Shown here: positions 61,542 through 64,000 of the stretch, piece after piece | Position numbering within the stretch: position 1 is the first letter of the stretch | Layout of the letters: each line of letters starts with the position of its first letter | Assembly: GCA_963771175.1 (NCBI GenBank) | Contig: CAVYSY010000002.1 | Coordinates: 32,001-96,000 of the forward strand | DNA length: 64,000 nucleotides | Reading direction: 5' to 3' | Origin: an uncultured delta proteobacterium | GTDB lineage: Bacteria > Myxococcota > Myxococcia > Myxococcales > Myxococcaceae | The notes under the pieces: model-generated | What the model saw: only the letters and a program-made list of their open reading frames with translations | The model's database searches: none | Told to the model about the DNA's origin: nothing | Made by a program: the position numbers and the translations under genes

Positions 61542-61799
61542 ATGGCACTCGAGGATGACTTCCGCTCCGCGCAGGAGCGCGTGAAGACGCTCACCACCCG
61601 CCCCTCCAACGACTCGCTGCTGGAGCTGTATTCGCTGTTCAAACAGGCCACCGAGGGCGACGTCCAGGGCAAGCGCCCGGGGATGCTCGACCTCAAGGGA
61701 CGCGCCAAGTACGACGCCTGGGCCGGGCGCAAGGGACTGGGTCGCGAGGCGGCCATGCAGCAGTACGTCGCGCTCGTGGACCGGCTGCTGCGCGGCTGA
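61542..61799 (+). CDS. Acyl-CoA-binding protein (ACBP)
   Basis: LLELYSLFKQATEGD, RPGMLDLKGRAKYDAW, AMQQYV. Confidence 0.95.
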   Translation: MALEDDFRSAQERVKTLTTRPSNDSLLELYSLFKQATEGDVQGKRPGMLDLKGRAKYDAWAGRKGLGREAAMQQYVALVDRLLRG

Positions 61800-61854
61800 G
61801 ACCACGGCCACGCGAAGCCAGACCCTCGGCTTCGCGGCAGGGGCACCCAGCCCA

Positions 61855-62504
61855 TCACACCTGGGTGCCCATCACCTTGGCGGCCCAGCCGCGCGTCTCG
61901 TCGTCCACGTTCTTCATCAAGGAGTCGAAACGCCCCGCGCGCATCAACTCCACCAGCCGCTCGTCCCGCGCGAGGATTTCGGTCGCGTGCCAGGGGAAGA
62001 GGAGGTCCGTTTCGCCCGACTTCTGGTAGCGCGGGTCCGCGACGAGGGCTTCCAGGTAGCGCGAGTAGCTGTCGAAGAACCGGTCCACGTTCGAGGCCAC
62101 GGGGATGACGTGGAGCCCATCGAACTCGTAGGTATTTATCTCCACCACGGGCTGCCTTCCCTGCTCATCCGCGAGTCCCGGTACGGTGGCATAGGTATAG
62201 ACCTCGCCGCCGAAAACAATCACGGGCTCCCCCAACTCTTCCCAGTAGTTCTCCCGCCACCACTTGTTGTTCTCCTCCAGCCTCGTGCTCATCGTCGTCG
62301 GACGAGCGAGTACCCAGCGCATCACCCCCGTGGCGAATACCGCGTGCCCGAGGCGCGCATAGACACGCGCCAGTACCGGATCGAAGGGAACCCCTCCAAC
62401 AAGCACCCGGCCTTCAACGGCTCACGGGCAGGCGGCGAAGTATTCAGCCCCAGTTCCAACCGCCGACATACATCCATCAGTCGATCCATCCCGGGCAGGG
62501 CCAT
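61855..62504 (-). CDS. Probable immunity protein (SMI1/KNR4-like; one indel near 62405)
   Basis: MALPGMDRLMDVCRRL...PFDPVLARVYARLG...YATVPGLADEQGRQPVV...PVASNVDRFFDSY, directly downstream of the toxin gene. Confidence 0.68.
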
Positions 62505-62530
62505 GGGCTGCTCCATTGTTTTTCTCTCTC

Positions 62531-63407
62531 TTACTTGAGGCCGAGGATGGCCTCGTGCATGGACCGGTACCAGCTCGGCTCGAACGCGAGCACCGCCAGC
62601 CGGCACCTGAACGGCGCGCAACCGCTCCCTGGCCGTCTCGTGGAACGCGAGGAAGGTGTCGGCCGGCGTGCCCTGGATGCGCACCGGGAGTGTCCTGGCT
62701 TCGGCTGGGCGAGGTGACTGGCGAGTGGCGTCGTAGTCCACCGCCCAGCGCCCCTCCTCGCGCCGCAGCCGCAGCACCACCTCGCCCGTCCGTCGGCCCA
62801 CGTACTCGGTGAGGACGTGGCGCAGTACGCGCGCCAGTCCCTCCGCATCCACCGGACGCCCCGCGCTCCCGCCGCCGCCCTCTTCCCCGTAGCCCACCAG
62901 CGTCAGCGCGCCCCCCTCTACCCAGAAGGTGAAGGCCAGCACCGCCCCCACCTCCTCCACCCCACCGCACAGGCCCACCGCCCGAGCCAGAGCCCTGTCC
63001 ACCTCGGCCTCGCGCGCCGCCCGCGGGTCCCGCCCCTCACCCTGGGCCGCCTGCACCAGCGCCCCAGCCCTCGCCTCCTCCACCCGCCATGCCCGCTCCC
63101 AGGCCTCCTCCTCGTGGCGGGCTCCGCCTTCCGGCTCCCGCGCCCAGGTCCTCCCAACTGCTTCCGCCGAGACAGGATGCTCTCCGGCACCCCCTCCGCT
63201 GCCCGAAGCGCGGGGCTCCTCCCGCGGCGACACGGCCTGGAAGCCAGCGGGTGTCAGCCGCCGGTAGGCGGTGCCTCCCAACATGCCGCGCCCCAACGGC
63301 GCTCCCGTGACGCAGCCCACCTGGAGCAGCAGCACCAGGACCACTGCGCTCAACCCGAGCTGCTGCCGCGCACGGGCCCGGCCCAGGCCAACAAAATGGG
63401 CGGACAT
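62531..63407 (-). pseudogene. SitA-like lipoprotein toxin with an internal deletion
   Basis: Lipobox LQVGC and myxobacterial toxin N-terminal region (FTFWVEGGALTL...LRREEGRWAVDY); after VQVPAGGA it jumps out of frame to a 17-codon tail FEPSWYRSMHEAILGLK-stop. Confidence 0.62.
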
Positions 63408-63431
63408 GCCGCACCCCTCCGCGAGTGACTC

Positions 63432-63493
63432 CACTTCCAGACGTCCAGAAGCATCGCACATGCACCCACCTCACTTCCAGACGTCCAGAAGTG
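63432..63493. repeat. Two identical 20-bp palindromic direct repeats, 40-bp period
   Basis: CACTTCCAGACGTCCAGAAG at 63432-63451 and 63472-63491. Confidence 0.9.
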
Positions 63494-63653
63494 CGGGGGT
63501 CCAGAGCCCTTCGCGCGGATGCCAGGTGCGCCTGCGCTCCAACGCGCAGCCCGTGGGCACGAACGGCCAGCCATCCTGGCGAGCAGGCAGGGCAGCGGCC
63601 AGAAGGCAGGCGTGTCCATGCCAGGGGTACTACCCCATGCCTATCGTCCAGGT

Positions 63654-64000
63654 ATGCGGTCCCCGTTCGCTCAACGCCTGGGTTGCTCGCTCGGTGTCCT
63701 GCTGCTCTGCCTCGGGATAGCGGCGAGCGCCCAGGAGCCGGAGGCCCCGGAGCAGGAGGAGGGACAGTTCCTCCGGGTGCAGACCGCGAAGCAGGACATC
63801 TCGGTGCGGATCTCCCCGGAGTCCGCCGTGGGTCCCGGCGTCCAGCTCGTCCGCGACGACGACGCCGTGCGGGGACGGGCCGCCGGTCAGTCCGTCTACC
63901 TGCGCATCGTGAAAGGCAAGGGGGAGCTGGATGGGCTCGTGGGCTCCCAGCCGGCGTGGATCTCCACCGCGTCCAGGAAGGGTTCGAGCCCGCGGCTGGA
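63654..64000 (+). CDS. Exported hypothetical protein (partial, runs off the window)
   Basis: MRSPFAQRLGCSLGVLLLCLGIAASA-QEPE...AVGPGVQLVR...VRGRAAG; signal peptide, no stop before the window end. Confidence 0.65.
   Translation, partial: MRSPFAQRLGCSLGVLLLCLGIAASAQEPEAPEQEEGQFLRVQTAKQDISVRISPESAVGPGVQLVRDDDAVRGRAAGQSVYLRIVKGKGELDGLVGSQPAWISTASRKGSSPRL

Noticed and set aside
63432..63493. Mini CRISPR array
   Set aside because: Only two 20-bp repeats with a 20-bp spacer, too short, and no cas genes in the window.

Overview
High-GC myxobacterial chromosome segment, most likely Cystobacterineae (Archangium/Cystobacter-like), judged from gene content, codon style and repeats. The core backbone is pyrH-tsf-rpsB (with a t44-type leader), secA, rlmM-like, degenerate GGDEF, M23 peptidase, PP2C phosphatase, recN, SWIM-SNF2 helicase, apt, nadK, rarA, a DGC/HK/sigma54-activator cluster, fadI-fadJ, hemE, tRNA-Val and tRNA-Asp, ileS, and ada/alkA-ogt. 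Many conserved genes are broken by 1-bp indels while most lineage-specific genes are intact. This points to consensus or long-read errors rather than real pseudogenes, so coordinates of frameshifted genes are approximate. The most interesting parts: (1) a TetR-controlled AmpG/AT-1-type MFS-coaD-MBL operon next to a lipoprotein 5'-nucleotidase, a possible CoA/phosphopantetheine salvage route, with a divergent class III cyclase-like ORF inside it; (2) a translationally coupled restriction-endonuclease plus catalytically degenerate TOPRIM-like pair; (3) a type-2 IleRS with a KESKS motif and an insertion of about 115 aa resembling a double-psi beta-barrel; (4) a membrane HK/sigma54-activator pair upstream of two Yip1-like paralogues and a coiled-coil membrane protein, with a visible sigma54 promoter and candidate enhancer; (5) two polymorphic toxin-immunity loci, one with its toxin core deleted and preceded by a tandem palindromic repeat; (6) remnants of an IS91-type transposase, tfuA and a 2-hydroxyacid dehydrogenase. 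All family calls are from motif recognition by eye; no searches were run.
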